From positions 64,001 through 128,000 of IMG/VR virus record IMGVR_UViG_3300025141_016305: a stretch of 64,000 bases of DNA; one strand, written 5' to 3'. The notes beneath the pieces are model-generated. The model searched no databases. It worked only from the letters and a program-made list of their open reading frames with translations, and had not been told where the DNA came from. Source of the DNA: a virus. Made by a program: the position numbers and the translations under genes. Every line of letters starts with the position of its first letter. The first letter of the stretch is position 1. Of this stretch, positions 1-9,334 are shown in pieces.

Positions 1-1985
1 CTTTCAAAAAGATTGTTTATTTCTTTTTCGTTGCGCAGCAACTTCAGCTCTTCTAATTTATAATTAGTATTTTCTTCTGCATATACCCTTGTTCCTCGGG
101 CTAGACCCGCAAGTTCGTCATATCCAGGTAAAGTTTTTCTGATTGAGCCCACCTCCGGAGAGGCTGCTCTATTCATGTTCTTTTTTCTTGGCCCAGAGCT
201 TTTTCGACGGTCGCCGGCGGCTTTCAGGCTGCGGGGCTCATACCATCCGTGAGATTTATCTGTGGTTGTTCTCCCCTTTTTATCGGTCACCTTTCCGGGC
301 GTGTCATCTCTCTTGGCTGGGGGCGCGGCAAGTAAATCACCCTCTTCTGGACCTGTAGGTTCTGCTGGTTCTGTGCCTGTATCGTCTGGGGTTGGCTCTC
401 CTGCTCTGAGATCTGCTTCTGCACCGACTGTTCCTACGCCGCCGGGAACGCCGGCGTCTCCACCCTCTAGTCCCAGATCATCAACCCCAGCATCTAAGCC
501 AGCAGTGGCCTCAGCCTGTTCGGCTTCTGCGGCGGTTTCTAGGGCCGCCTCAAACTTGCGATCATAGAACATTTCTCTTCTATTTCTGACGAAATCATCA
601 TCTGACATGCCAAACAGTGTTTTTGACAGCCATTGCTTTGAAAAGAAACCTTCAGTTGCTGAAGATGCTATATCAAATTTAGATTTCCAATGTTCAAGCT
701 CTTGCATTTCTGCAATTTTAGAAGGATTATTTAATTGACAAGTAAAAGAAACTAGATCCTCATCTCTATAACCCATGGTGTATAAATGAATAATTCCGAT
801 CTTTTCTAACTCTGTTATAATCGACCTTTGCAACCTTTGAATAGTTCTTGCAAAGCGAATATCTTTTTGTGCCAAAGTAGTTTTATCTTCTTGAATATTT
901 TCCCCATCCGATGAAATATAAGACGCGGGGACCTTTAATGCTGAAAATAGTTTGTCTCTTAAGTATTTTACGTCATCAATGTCTCCAGTATATTGTCCAC
1001 CTTGTACAGACTCTATTTTCGTTCCAGTGGTCTGGCCGCGGACTGGAATGAAGTAATCTTCTTCAACGGACAATGGATTGTATCTCAGATCCACTCGGCC
1101 AGTAGAACTATCAACAACTTGGTTTCTCTTCATGGTTGTCATTACTTTCTGCATATATTGTTCTACATCTTGAGGGGCTATATTTCCAACATCAACATAA
1201 AAAGCTCTCCTCTCTGGTGATCGGACTATGCGATAAGCCATCATCGCGTCTTCAAGTAATGTTAGTTGGCGCCAGATGCGACGGGCCGGCTCTAGGACTG
1301 AAGTTCCATATGGACTATATTTGTCTTGGCCAAGGACCCTAAAGTGACCTACTTGCCAATTCTCAAAAGTTAATCCGGCGGAGTTCCACTGGTATTGTAC
1401 ATAATTTGGGTTTGTTTTATCCTCTCCTTCTAACCTCTCTACCTCTTGGGTCGGAAGACCGATAACTGAGGTGATTCCTAATTTTTCATCCAAATCTAAA
1501 TACAAAAAGAAATCACCATATTTACACATCGTTCTACACCAAGCAAAAAGATTGTGATTAATGTTAAGAACATCGTGGTACATAGAGTCTAATATTGCTC
1601 GAATCTCTTCATTTTCGCACACAACTTTAAGCATTGGAGTTAAAGCTGAGTATGTTGTCATTTCATCTGCATAAATATCTAGTGCAGATGCTATTTCTGG
1701 TGTGTATTCCATCTGGTCAAAGTCGACATACCTTTCTGTTCTCTGTTGGCTAGCCATAACATTTGCTTGCAAGTTATCGTAAGGATTATAGGCAGTTTTC
1801 TTAAAATCTCTTCCGGAAGCCGATGTGAATTTGGATGAGAACTTGTCCAAATCTATTCTTCTTAGTCTGTGATTTGTCTGAGTTCTGTAATTTGTTAGAG
1901 GACCCGAGAGTAACCTGGTCAGCCTTCTGAAAAGCAAACTTTGCGGATTTCTTGTGTTTTTCTTATTCTTGCTGTTGTCAGCCAT
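1..1985 (-). CDS. Portal protein, T4 gp20-like; 3' end runs off the window (not in the ORF track)
   Basis: Hand translation from ATG 1985 (MADNSKNKKNTRNPQ...) stays open to the window edge. It contains gp20-type motifs: MEYTPEIASALDIYADE, EDAMMAYRIVRSPERRAFYVDVGNI, EDYFIPVRG, DIDDVKYLRDKLFSALKVP, DIRFARTIQRLQ. It lies directly downstream of terL. Confidence 0.93.
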   Translation of the reverse strand, partial: MADNSKNKKNTRNPQSLLFRRLTRLLSGPLTNYRTQTNHRLRRIDLDKFSSKFTSASGRDFKKTAYNPYDNLQANVMASQQRTERYVDFDQMEYTPEIASALDIYADEMTTYSALTPMLKVVCENEEIRAILDSMYHDVLNINHNLFAWCRTMCKYGDFFLYLDLDEKLGITSVIGLPTQEVERLEGEDKTNPNYVQYQWNSAGLTFENWQVGHFRVLGQDKYSPYGTSVLEPARRIWRQLTLLEDAMMAYRIVRSPERRAFYVDVGNIAPQDVEQYMQKVMTTMKRNQVVDSSTGRVDLRYNPLSVEEDYFIPVRGQTTGTKIESVQGGQYTGDIDDVKYLRDKLFSALKVPASYISSDGENIQEDKTTLAQKDIRFARTIQRLQRSIITELEKIGIIHLYTMGYRDEDLVSFTCQLNNPSKIAEMQELEHWKSKFDIASSATEGFFSKQWLSKTLFGMSDDDFVRNRREMFYDRKFEAALETAAEAEQAEATAGLDAGVDDLGLEGGDAGVPGGVGTVGAEADLRAGEPTPDDTGTEPAEPTGPEEGDLLAAPPAKRDDTPGKVTDKKGRTTTDKSHGWYEPRSLKAAGDRRKSSGPRKKNMNRAASPEVGSIRKTLPGYDELAGLARGTRVYAEENTNYKLEELKLLRNEKEINNLFE

Positions 1986-1994
1986 TATTTATAC

Positions 1995-3581
1995 CTACCC
2001 TTTAAATAGCCATGGAAAATCTGTTACGGCCGATTGGTGTTTATTCATTGTCTCTTTCATCTTAAGGTTCTTAATACCTATCATACCATTTATTCTGGTG
2101 TCTAATTCGTTTGATGATTTAGTTATTGCACCAATAAAGGCTTTATTATAATCTGACTGAAGCTTGTTTGCGGACAGGGCCGTGTCTCGAACCCAACACC
2201 CGACGGCGCACGACATTATCAGATCGTCATTATAAGATCTCATAGCTTCTGGTCTTCCATTGTTCCAAATAAACGTCTTCATCTCAGATAAAAGTCTGGA
2301 AGAATATATCTTAATTAGATTGTTTCTTATGAATTCCTCCATCTTTGCCACGATTAGAGGCCTTGTTTTCGATGTAGTAGTAAATCCAGCTACTGCGTTT
2401 GACATTTGTTCTGCTTTGTACTCTTCAACAAACTCATGAGTTGATTTAACTGAAAAATATAAATTTGGATATCTCATTTCCTTTAATTTTTCCAAAACTG
2501 CAAAGCCAACCGAATTGTTCTCTACAACCAAAAGCCCATTACCATACTCTTGCCCCAAGTCAAACAACACGCGTGAAAATATATCTGGTGTTACTTTTCC
2601 TTGATATTCTGCTATAATTTCCATGGTTTCTAAATTTAAAACATGCGCAACGGAATAGTCTTTTCCGTCGCCGCGGGCGACATCGGCAGAAATGAGGTAC
2701 GTATTTTGCGGATTTCTTTCTTCCCATATCCACAGATTTCTATCAAACCCAGTTCTATACTTTGGTTCTTTTATCATGTTAAAATATGTTTCTATATTTT
2801 CTGGTCCAAAGACTGTTTCACCAGACATATTAAAATTACATTCTAACTCTTGCGCGATTTCTCTGCGAGACATATTTCTTGTCTCTTTTTCAAACCAAGT
2901 TTGATCCCGGTCGGGATGAACGTCCCAGGGTAACTTAGTATGGTGAAAATCATTCGACATGTTTTCTGATTCTGTATATACTTTATGAAACCAATTCCCA
3001 ACACCGTTTGGTGTAGACAAAGCTATACAGCGACCACCGGTGGAGAGCGTAGGGTAAAGACCCATCCACAAATCATCTAGACCTTCGACGTGGGCGGCCT
3101 CGTCAATCACCAACAAAGATAGAGCTTCAGATCGGCCTGCATCGCCGCTTGTTGAAGATGCCTTAATTTGGGAACCATTTGATAAGATAAAAGAGGTTCT
3201 ATTATCTATTTCTACATTGGAAATTGTTAGCCATTTTGGTAAGTTTTTAATAATAGCTTTAACTTTCTTTACTAAATTAGCTGCCGTATTGAACTTTGTT
3301 GCTATAACTAAAACATTCTTTTCTCGATGAAACATCATAAGCCAAGCAACGTATGCAGCACTTATTGTTGAAATCCCAAGTTGCCTGGCCTTTAATATAA
3401 CATTAAACCTATGGTCTTCAAAATCTTCTAATAAGTCTTTTTGAAAAGGGTACAAATGAAAAGGTATCAAGCCTTTCATCGGGTGAGTAATTTTTGCATA
3501 AGTATTTATAAAATATTCGGGCTTCTTTCCACACCGAACTATTTCTTTCATTACTTCTTGCTTAGTTAATTTTAGTGACAT
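1995..3581 (-). CDS. terL: Terminase large subunit (T4 gp17-like)
   Basis: LYPFQ adenine motif, Walker A KARQLGIST, Walker B LLVIDEAAH, motif III STPNG, RNase H-type nuclease DVARGDGKDYS...NDDLIMS. Confidence 0.96.
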   Translation of the reverse strand: MSLKLTKQEVMKEIVRCGKKPEYFINTYAKITHPMKGLIPFHLYPFQKDLLEDFEDHRFNVILKARQLGISTISAAYVAWLMMFHREKNVLVIATKFNTAANLVKKVKAIIKNLPKWLTISNVEIDNRTSFILSNGSQIKASSTSGDAGRSEALSLLVIDEAAHVEGLDDLWMGLYPTLSTGGRCIALSTPNGVGNWFHKVYTESENMSNDFHHTKLPWDVHPDRDQTWFEKETRNMSRREIAQELECNFNMSGETVFGPENIETYFNMIKEPKYRTGFDRNLWIWEERNPQNTYLISADVARGDGKDYSVAHVLNLETMEIIAEYQGKVTPDIFSRVLFDLGQEYGNGLLVVENNSVGFAVLEKLKEMRYPNLYFSVKSTHEFVEEYKAEQMSNAVAGFTTTSKTRPLIVAKMEEFIRNNLIKIYSSRLLSEMKTFIWNNGRPEAMRSYNDDLIMSCAVGCWVRDTALSANKLQSDYNKAFIGAITKSSNELDTRINGMIGIKNLKMKETMNKHQSAVTDFPWLFKG

Positions 3582-3588
3582 TTAACTC

Positions 3589-4089
3589 TCAGCTTTTAAG
3601 GCCGCCGAGTGATAACCACTTGCGAGTTGCTGAGTCTAATTGTTCTTCAGATTCCGGTGTATTTTCTTCTGCTTCTCCGCCGCCAATAACCCAACACTTA
3701 TGGACCTTTACGCTGCAGCGGATTCGGGAAATATATTCAACAAATACATCAACTTCGGATGGGTCCGATAAGGAAAGGGCGCTCTTTTTGATCTTTTTGT
3801 ACTCCTTTTGGATAAAGGATTTTACTTTTTCTATCATAGATTCCATTTCTCCTTCAAAATCGTTGTTATGAACTTCCTTAAGAGGTATTTCAGAGTGATA
3901 TTTGATGTGAAGGCGGTCTCCGGAAACGTGGGCGCCGAAGCCGTCCATAACCCTAGAATCTACTAGTGCGTTCCCTTCTTCCCTTCTTAGGCCTATTTTA
4001 ATAGGTTCTCCCTTTTCATCTAACGCGCCATCGTGGGAATTAGATACCACCTGAGAGATACAGTTAATAATTTCTAAAGTTGTTGCCAT
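3589..4089 (-). CDS. Hypothetical protein (166 aa) upstream of terL
   Basis: ORF with a GAGGA RBS and two late-type motifs upstream; no family recognised. Confidence 0.75.
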   Translation of the reverse strand: MATTLEIINCISQVVSNSHDGALDEKGEPIKIGLRREEGNALVDSRVMDGFGAHVSGDRLHIKYHSEIPLKEVHNNDFEGEMESMIEKVKSFIQKEYKKIKKSALSLSDPSEVDVFVEYISRIRCSVKVHKCWVIGGGEAEENTPESEEQLDSATRKWLSLGGLKS

Positions 4090-4106
4090 TGTTTAAAATC
4101 CTCTAC

Positions 4107-4134
4107 TATAAATAGCTTGCTAGTAATAAATAGT
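4107..4134 (-). promoter_or_regulatory. Tandem candidate late-promoter motifs (sense ACTATTTATT and GCTATTTATA)
   Basis: Two copies of the recurring CTAWTTAWA-type motif in a 44-bp intergenic gap; the nearer copy is 17 nt upstream of ATG 4089. Confidence 0.6.
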
Positions 4135-4502
4135 TAGTTATTTGGTCTCCAGCCAGTTTTCCATCTTTCTTCTCGGTCTTCCACATGTTGAATGTAACAA
4201 TCAAAACAGCATTCGAATTTATTCATATATAAGTCGTCACTTGCAGAGAAAGAATACGAAGTACAAATAGGACATATTCTTTCAGCCTTATTTTGCTTTC
4301 TCTTCTCTCTGACGACAAAACCCTCTAATTCTGTGGTTTGTTTTTTACTTTTTTCATTCTTATAAAATTCTTTTAAGTCTTCTAGGTATTTCTTTTCTTT
4401 TTCTTCGTCCCAGTGTTTTTTAGGGTTTTGTATTGCATCGTCGCCATACTTTTCTTTTATGACTTTCTCTATTTTTGCAATATCATTTAAATCTTTTTTC
4501 AT
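4134..4502 (-). CDS. Hypothetical protein with C-terminal Cys cluster (putative Zn-binding)
   Basis: CPIC...CCFDC; highly charged N-terminus. Confidence 0.75.
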   Translation of the reverse strand: MKKDLNDIAKIEKVIKEKYGDDAIQNPKKHWDEEKEKKYLEDLKEFYKNEKSKKQTTELEGFVVREKRKQNKAERICPICTSYSFSASDDLYMNKFECCFDCYIQHVEDREERWKTGWRPNN

Positions 4503-4503
4503 A

Positions 4504-4971
4504 TCAATTCATTGTACTCAAAGCAATGCCGTTAGCTATGGCGGTGCCGACATAGTAAACGGCCAAAGTGGCCACCGCGCCGGCGCCGAACCACAGATAC
4601 CAATAGTCATTTGGCCTCTTAAGTGCGATCTCTTCAAGTCTTTGATTTTCCGTTTTAAGAGCAATAATAGTTTTTGCAGAGACTTCTTTGTGATATTCTA
4701 AATCTGCAGTAAGTGTCCCAATCTGTAAATCAAAATCTGCTTTTTGCTTTTCAAGCTTTTCAGACAATTTAAGTTGGCACCGTTCTTCTTCGGTTTCCTT
4801 ATCCGCAATCAATTTAGCTATTGCTGGAACATTAAAACACCATGCCTTGAAGGGAACTTCGTCACCTTTTGATAGTTCAGCTATTGTTGGCTCTGATGCT
4901 ATACTAGTTGTTGTAAAACTAACCAGTAACAGCAAAACCAAAAAGTTCTTCGAGTTTGTTGTTAATTTCAT
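4504..4971 (-). CDS. Membrane protein (signal peptide, coiled coil, C-terminal TM); spanin-like candidate
   Basis: FLVLLLLVSFTTTSIA signal, heptad-rich middle, C-terminal hydrophobic YWYLWFGAGAVATLAVYYVG; overlaps the upstream gene by 53 nt. Confidence 0.55.
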   Translation of the reverse strand: MKLTTNSKNFLVLLLLVSFTTTSIASEPTIAELSKGDEVPFKAWCFNVPAIAKLIADKETEEERCQLKLSEKLEKQKADFDLQIGTLTADLEYHKEVSAKTIIALKTENQRLEEIALKRPNDYWYLWFGAGAVATLAVYYVGTAIANGIALSTMN

Positions 4972-5305
4972 TGGGGCTACTTTCTGCTTTCTTAATAATC
5001 TCTTTAACTTTTTTCTTTTCTTTTCTTGAAAGCTCTTTTTCTTTTATTGCATATTTCTCTTCTATTTTAACAAGAGTTTCTTGATATTTTAAGGTAAGTT
5101 CTTCTCTTTTTTGTATCTCTACATTTCTTGCATCTTGGAGAGCCTGTATCTGACTTTCATAAGACTTCTTTCTAACCTCCATTGTTTCAATGGCTGCTTG
5201 ATTGTTTTTACGTGCAAAGATAAAAATACCGATTGACCAAATCGCCATGGCAAAAACCTTCCAATGTTCTTTGACAAAGAGCCATGCTAGCTTTATTTTT
5301 ATCAT
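4919..5305 (-). CDS. N-terminal TM plus coiled-coil protein; i-spanin (Rz)-like candidate
   Basis: Start moved to ATG 5305 (ATGA overlap with the upstream stop). TM segment VFAMAIWSIGIFIFA is followed by a long charged coiled coil. Confidence 0.55.
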   Translation of the reverse strand: MIKIKLAWLFVKEHWKVFAMAIWSIGIFIFARKNNQAAIETMEVRKKSYESQIQALQDARNVEIQKREELTLKYQETLVKIEEKYAIKEKELSRKEKKKVKEIIKKAESSPNEINNKLEELFGFAVTG

Positions 5306-5508
5306 CGTTCGGTGGATCCATGCTTCCATTTAACAGCCATATCAACAAGAGCTTGGGTTCCAATATATGCTAATGTGATAGCTGTCCAATTATCGCTCGT
5401 TACGGTACCGTACGCACAGAGTCCGGTTGCTGTAATCCATGCTAAAAACTTGCGAGAAATAAATCTCTCTGTATATTTGTCTGCAAAAGCCTTTACCGCG
5501 GTCATCAT
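5302..5508 (-). CDS. Small two-TM holin-like protein
   Basis: 68 aa; ISRKF followed by two hydrophobic segments and a basic C-tail; GGAGG RBS; tandem Met start. Confidence 0.55.
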   Translation of the reverse strand: MMTAVKAFADKYTERFISRKFLAWITATGLCAYGTVTSDNWTAITLAYIGTQALVDMAVKWKHGSTER

Positions 5509-5517
5509 AATTTCCTC

Positions 5518-8500
5518 CTAGATATTTACATGTGCAAATCCAGATTTCTTTTCAATATTAATCTGCATATCTACACAGTCCTTTAAACTATCTAGGTGCG
5601 AGATAAGAATAACTGTCTTAAAATAACCCTTTACCATGTCTAAAATGCGAACAAAGCCCTCCATATTTTCTTCGTCTAACGCGGTACCGGGTTCGTCGAG
5701 AATGAATAAGTCTGATTTAGGCAAGCTGGATACAGTTAAAAAAGCTAGACGGATAGCCATAGAGGCTATTGTCTTTTCTGCTCCAGACCCCATCTCTAAT
5801 GGTCTGGGGTCGTACTCTGGGTGCTTGATGAAAATATCTAACTTGTCGTCGCTATTTGAAATAAAGATTTCAAAATCCACAATATTCGTTAAGATTTTTG
5901 CAATCTCCTGATTTATGAACGGAAGTCTCTCTTTGATAATATCATAAGAAACTCCACTTGGATGACAACAAGTCATCAGCAAGTGATATGCTGCGAAGTC
6001 TTCCTTTAAGGTTTCGTATTCTTCCAATTGCTGTTGCATATGTATCAACTTCTGTTCCAGGGAACCATGCTTTTTGTGGAGGTTCATGATCCGGTTTTCG
6101 CACAGGGCAGATTCCTTTTCCCCTTTTTTAATATCTACATCTAAAGCGCTTTGCTTTCTTAGCAGATCCTTAAGATTCTCAATAGACTCCTTGTTAATTT
6201 CGTATTCTTCACTTTTCTTCTGCAGGTTCTCTAGTTCCACCTGTTCTTTAAACAGCAGACTATCGGCTCGCTCCACAGTCAAGCGGTTGCTGGTTATCGA
6301 TGTCGCAAACTTGTTCCTCTTTTCTACCAAAAGATTGTAGTTCTCAATATGAGATTCCACCTCTTCTGGTGATAAGTCTGAAATCTCTTTCCCTAGACGA
6401 TTCACATTAAGTGATAAGTCTCTCTGTTTTACTTCTGTAATTTGAATAAGGTCGATGGCGGAATGGGCATCTTTAATAAATTTACAAGTGGGGTACTGAG
6501 ACCCGCATGGAACCTCCAAGAGAAGATCTTGCTTCTTTCTGCCGGTGATGATTTCATCGCTACTCTTTCTGATTTCTTGCAAAAAATTTCTAAGCTCGTC
6601 TTTTTTGGAGTCAATAATTTCCTTTTTCTCTTCAAAAGAAGTGATATCAAAACCTTCTAAGAAATCAGAAATCTTCTTAAACACAACCTCTTCTGATTCT
6701 AACGCCTTGAGAGAGTCTGTCTTTTTAGAAGTCAAAGACAAAATAGAATTCTTCTTTACTTCTATTTCTTTCATGGTCATAACAGGATCGATGATTTCGG
6801 CCGGAACTGAGTCTATCTTTTCCTGGATTTGTCCTAACTCTTCTGTTAGAAGCGCAGTGTTGTCTTTTAGAGCCAAACAAAGGGCCCTGTTCTTCTCTAT
6901 TGAAAGCCCACTCTTAGCTATATCTCCTTTGATTCCCTTTATCTCAGTATCAAAATCAATATGATCAATTCTCTTAAGTGCTATCTTTGTTGCAGCAGAC
7001 TCTTCTTTTGCCAGTTTGAACTTCTTATCAAAGAGTTCCAAATCCAAAAACTTCGCCAAAAACTCTTTGCGTTTAGTTGAACCTTCGTTTATGAAAGATA
7101 AGGCCTCAAGCTGACTGGCCATCGAAGTCATTAGAAAATCACTGTGGGTTCCAAAGTATTTTCTTACGTTTTTATCTGTATCTTGGCGGGATGTTCCATT
7201 GAGGCTAGTGTTATTGCCAATCAGGTCTTGCTTATAGAACTCCAGATCAGTACTAGCTTCTTGCGTTTCCTCTCCCTTTAGGCGCTTAACATACTTCTTA
7301 GACGACCTTTCCACTATATATTCTTCATCGTGAACCTTAATTGTTGCCCGAGAGCGGCACTCATCCTTATTTTGATTGATTATGTTTAGGTTTTTTCTGA
7401 TAGATTTAGACGTGGTATTATATAAGGAATATAGCAGACTATCAACAATCGAAGATTTACCTGAATAGTTCTTGCCAAAAATGCCTACTATGCCTTCAAG
7501 ATTTGTAAAATCAATTCTGTTTCCCTCGCCATAGTTAAACAGATTGTCCCATTCGAGAGTTTGAAGCGACCAATGTACATTTCTCATTACGTCTTCACCC
7601 TCTTCAATCTGGGTATTATATTTCTTATTGAGTTCATACACTCGTTTCATTACTTCTTCGGAGGCGTTGAATTCCTCTAGGTAATCTGCAATGAGATCTT
7701 CTTGTGTCTTTATACTTCTCAGGTCCCTCTTTTCAATACCATCGGCAGAAGGGACTGTAACTTGCTTTCCTGCCGCTCTATTCAAGTATGTGACCGACTC
7801 AGGCTTGTACTTATACTTTGCTATGTCTACTGCTTTTCGGACCTTCTCAAGCGAGACATTGTTCTTAGATACAATCCTAAGCCTCGCGCCCAAAGGAGGC
7901 ACCGGTCGCGGCAAGTTACCCTTCTCGGTCAAGGAGATTGTAACGAAAGGCTTAGGATTGTTGAATGTGATCAGTTTATTGGTAAAGTTATTTTTGTCTT
8001 GGATATCCCAGAGCAAATAACCTTTCTCTAATGATTCCCCGAAGTTCTGCTGTACGGTCGACCCAGCATACCAGATTCTACCTTCCTTATCTAGCTGCTG
8101 AGTTTTGTGGATATCCCCCAAGAAGGCAAAGTCAAACTCATCAAAAATTTCAATATTGTGATCTCCGCCTAGGGTCCAGTTCTGATCCGTCTTTGATTTG
8201 TCTATCGCGCCGTGATACAAGGCGATATTAACTGCTTCTGGGTTTGTAGGTTCAATCCAATTCTCTTCATCAAAGACAGAAAGAACATTTAAGCAAAACT
8301 GATTGTTTAATTTTGCTTCTCCGGCGGTTTTGAGCAAAATAAGATTTGGTGAATTAATTGCTTTCACAATCGGTGATAAAGCATCTTGCCTAGAGTCATT
8401 CCTCAAATTGCCATCATGATTGCCTAATATAACATAGGTGGGTGCAATGGCTGCCAAGTTCTCGAAGAAGTCTCGACACATATCTACGAATTCTGGTGAT

Positions 8501-8655
8501 ATCTGTGTCTTCGTATGGGCTATATCTCCGCAGTGGATAATATAATCTACGTTTTCTTCTTTTAGTGATTTATAAAGTTGTTTGAACACTTCTCTATATT
8601 CGAAGTGGTATTTTAAATTACGGATATGGGTATCCGCAATATGAGCAAATCTCAT
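5518..8655 (-). CDS. Fused Mre11/SbcD nuclease and Rad50/SbcC ATPase (gp47+gp46-like)
   Basis: Phosphoesterase motifs DTH, GDIAH, GNHD, YHG, GDIH; then Walker A GKNYSGKSS, coiled coils around a Cys pair, signature GSGAE, Walker B FILDEP and H-loop ISH, all in one 1045-aa ORF. Confidence 0.93.
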   Translation of the reverse strand: MRFAHIADTHIRNLKYHFEYREVFKQLYKSLKEENVDYIIHCGDIAHTKTQISPEFVDMCRDFFENLAAIAPTYVILGNHDGNLRNDSRQDALSPIVKAINSPNLILLKTAGEAKLNNQFCLNVLSVFDEENWIEPTNPEAVNIALYHGAIDKSKTDQNWTLGGDHNIEIFDEFDFAFLGDIHKTQQLDKEGRIWYAGSTVQQNFGESLEKGYLLWDIQDKNNFTNKLITFNNPKPFVTISLTEKGNLPRPVPPLGARLRIVSKNNVSLEKVRKAVDIAKYKYKPESVTYLNRAAGKQVTVPSADGIEKRDLRSIKTQEDLIADYLEEFNASEEVMKRVYELNKKYNTQIEEGEDVMRNVHWSLQTLEWDNLFNYGEGNRIDFTNLEGIVGIFGKNYSGKSSIVDSLLYSLYNTTSKSIRKNLNIINQNKDECRSRATIKVHDEEYIVERSSKKYVKRLKGEETQEASTDLEFYKQDLIGNNTSLNGTSRQDTDKNVRKYFGTHSDFLMTSMASQLEALSFINEGSTKRKEFLAKFLDLELFDKKFKLAKEESAATKIALKRIDHIDFDTEIKGIKGDIAKSGLSIEKNRALCLALKDNTALLTEELGQIQEKIDSVPAEIIDPVMTMKEIEVKKNSILSLTSKKTDSLKALESEEVVFKKISDFLEGFDITSFEEKKEIIDSKKDELRNFLQEIRKSSDEIITGRKKQDLLLEVPCGSQYPTCKFIKDAHSAIDLIQITEVKQRDLSLNVNRLGKEISDLSPEEVESHIENYNLLVEKRNKFATSITSNRLTVERADSLLFKEQVELENLQKKSEEYEINKESIENLKDLLRKQSALDVDIKKGEKESALCENRIMNLHKKHGSLEQKLIHMQQQLEEYETLKEDFAAYHLLMTCCHPSGVSYDIIKERLPFINQEIAKILTNIVDFEIFISNSDDKLDIFIKHPEYDPRPLEMGSGAEKTIASMAIRLAFLTVSSLPKSDLFILDEPGTALDEENMEGFVRILDMVKGYFKTVILISHLDSLKDCVDMQINIEKKSGFAHVNI

Positions 8656-8680
8656 CTATTCTCCATGAGTAGTTTTGATT

Positions 8681-8709
8681 AGTATAACAGGATCTGATGT
8701 GGTCGTCAA
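8681..8709 (-). promoter_or_regulatory. Sigma70-type promoter for the Mre11-Rad50 gene
   Basis: TTGACG (8709-8704), 17-nt spacer, TATACT (8686-8681) with extended -10 TG; GGAG RBS before ATG 8655. Confidence 0.8.
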
Positions 8710-8712
8710 GAA

Positions 8713-9147
8713 CTATTTAGGGAATGCGTGCTTGCTGGTCTGATACAGGAATTGCCTAAAAGCTTCACTGTTTGTTCCTAGTTTTCTGGCTTTCCAAGCC
8801 TCAACTGCAGCGATATGTAGTGATTTTCTCGCAGTGGCAGATGGAATTGCTCGAAAAGCTCGTGTTGCGGCGTTGACTGCGGCCCGCTCTACGGCGTACT
8901 GCGTCGGCAGCGCTGCAGCTGGGACACCAAGTACGCCCAAGACGGCCGCGGCGGCGGCGCCTTGGCCGGTGCCAACATCTTTCACAAATTGCACTGCTTT
9001 AGCTATCTCATCTGGGTCCCCGTCTTTTAGTCTTGTTTGAAGGTTCTGGTGTGCTCCTGCTTCAATTGGATCGTCGAGCATATATAGTTCTTTTAAGGTA
9101 TTTCTAATTTCTTCTTTTATAATTTTAATAAGGTCTGATTTTTTCAT
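8713..9147 (-). CDS. Hypothetical Ala-rich protein with an N-terminal L-x-x-I-I-x-E-E leader
   Basis: Begins MKKSDLIKIIKEEI; gene body is more GC-rich than its neighbours. Confidence 0.75.
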   Translation of the reverse strand: MKKSDLIKIIKEEIRNTLKELYMLDDPIEAGAHQNLQTRLKDGDPDEIAKAVQFVKDVGTGQGAAAAAVLGVLGVPAAALPTQYAVERAAVNAATRAFRAIPSATARKSLHIAAVEAWKARKLGTNSEAFRQFLYQTSKHAFPK

Positions 9148-9153
9148 TGGTTA

Positions 9154-9324
9154 TTAAAATCTCCTTAATCCAAGTTTTTCTAGCTGATCTGAAGTAAGCT
9201 TTTCAAGAATAATGGCGAAAGCTTTCTTCTCAGCTTCTGTGATCATGTTTAGATCCCCAGTGTCAGCAAGATGTTGCATTTCTTCCGCTATGATTTCTTT
9301 AAGTCTTCTTTTGGTAAGTTCCAT
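9154..9324 (-). CDS. Small protein (56 aa, below the ORF-track cutoff) with the same leader
   Basis: MELTKRRLKEIIAEEMQHLADTGDLNMITEAEKKAFAIILEKLTSDQLEKLGLRRF*; GAGGA RBS; fills the gap between its neighbours. Confidence 0.8.
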   Translation of the reverse strand: MELTKRRLKEIIAEEMQHLADTGDLNMITEAEKKAFAIILEKLTSDQLEKLGLRRF

Positions 9325-9334
9325 ATTTTAATCC

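Noticed and set aside
1986-1993. Sense-strand T4 late box TATAAATA before the portal ATG
   Set aside because: It sits between the RBS and ATG, too close to act as a promoter for a leadered mRNA, and does not recur in that orientation in the other gaps.
8711-8720. ACTATTTAG on the plus strand
   Set aside because: Opposite orientation to the other motif copies, overlaps a stop codon, and has no credible plus-strand gene downstream.
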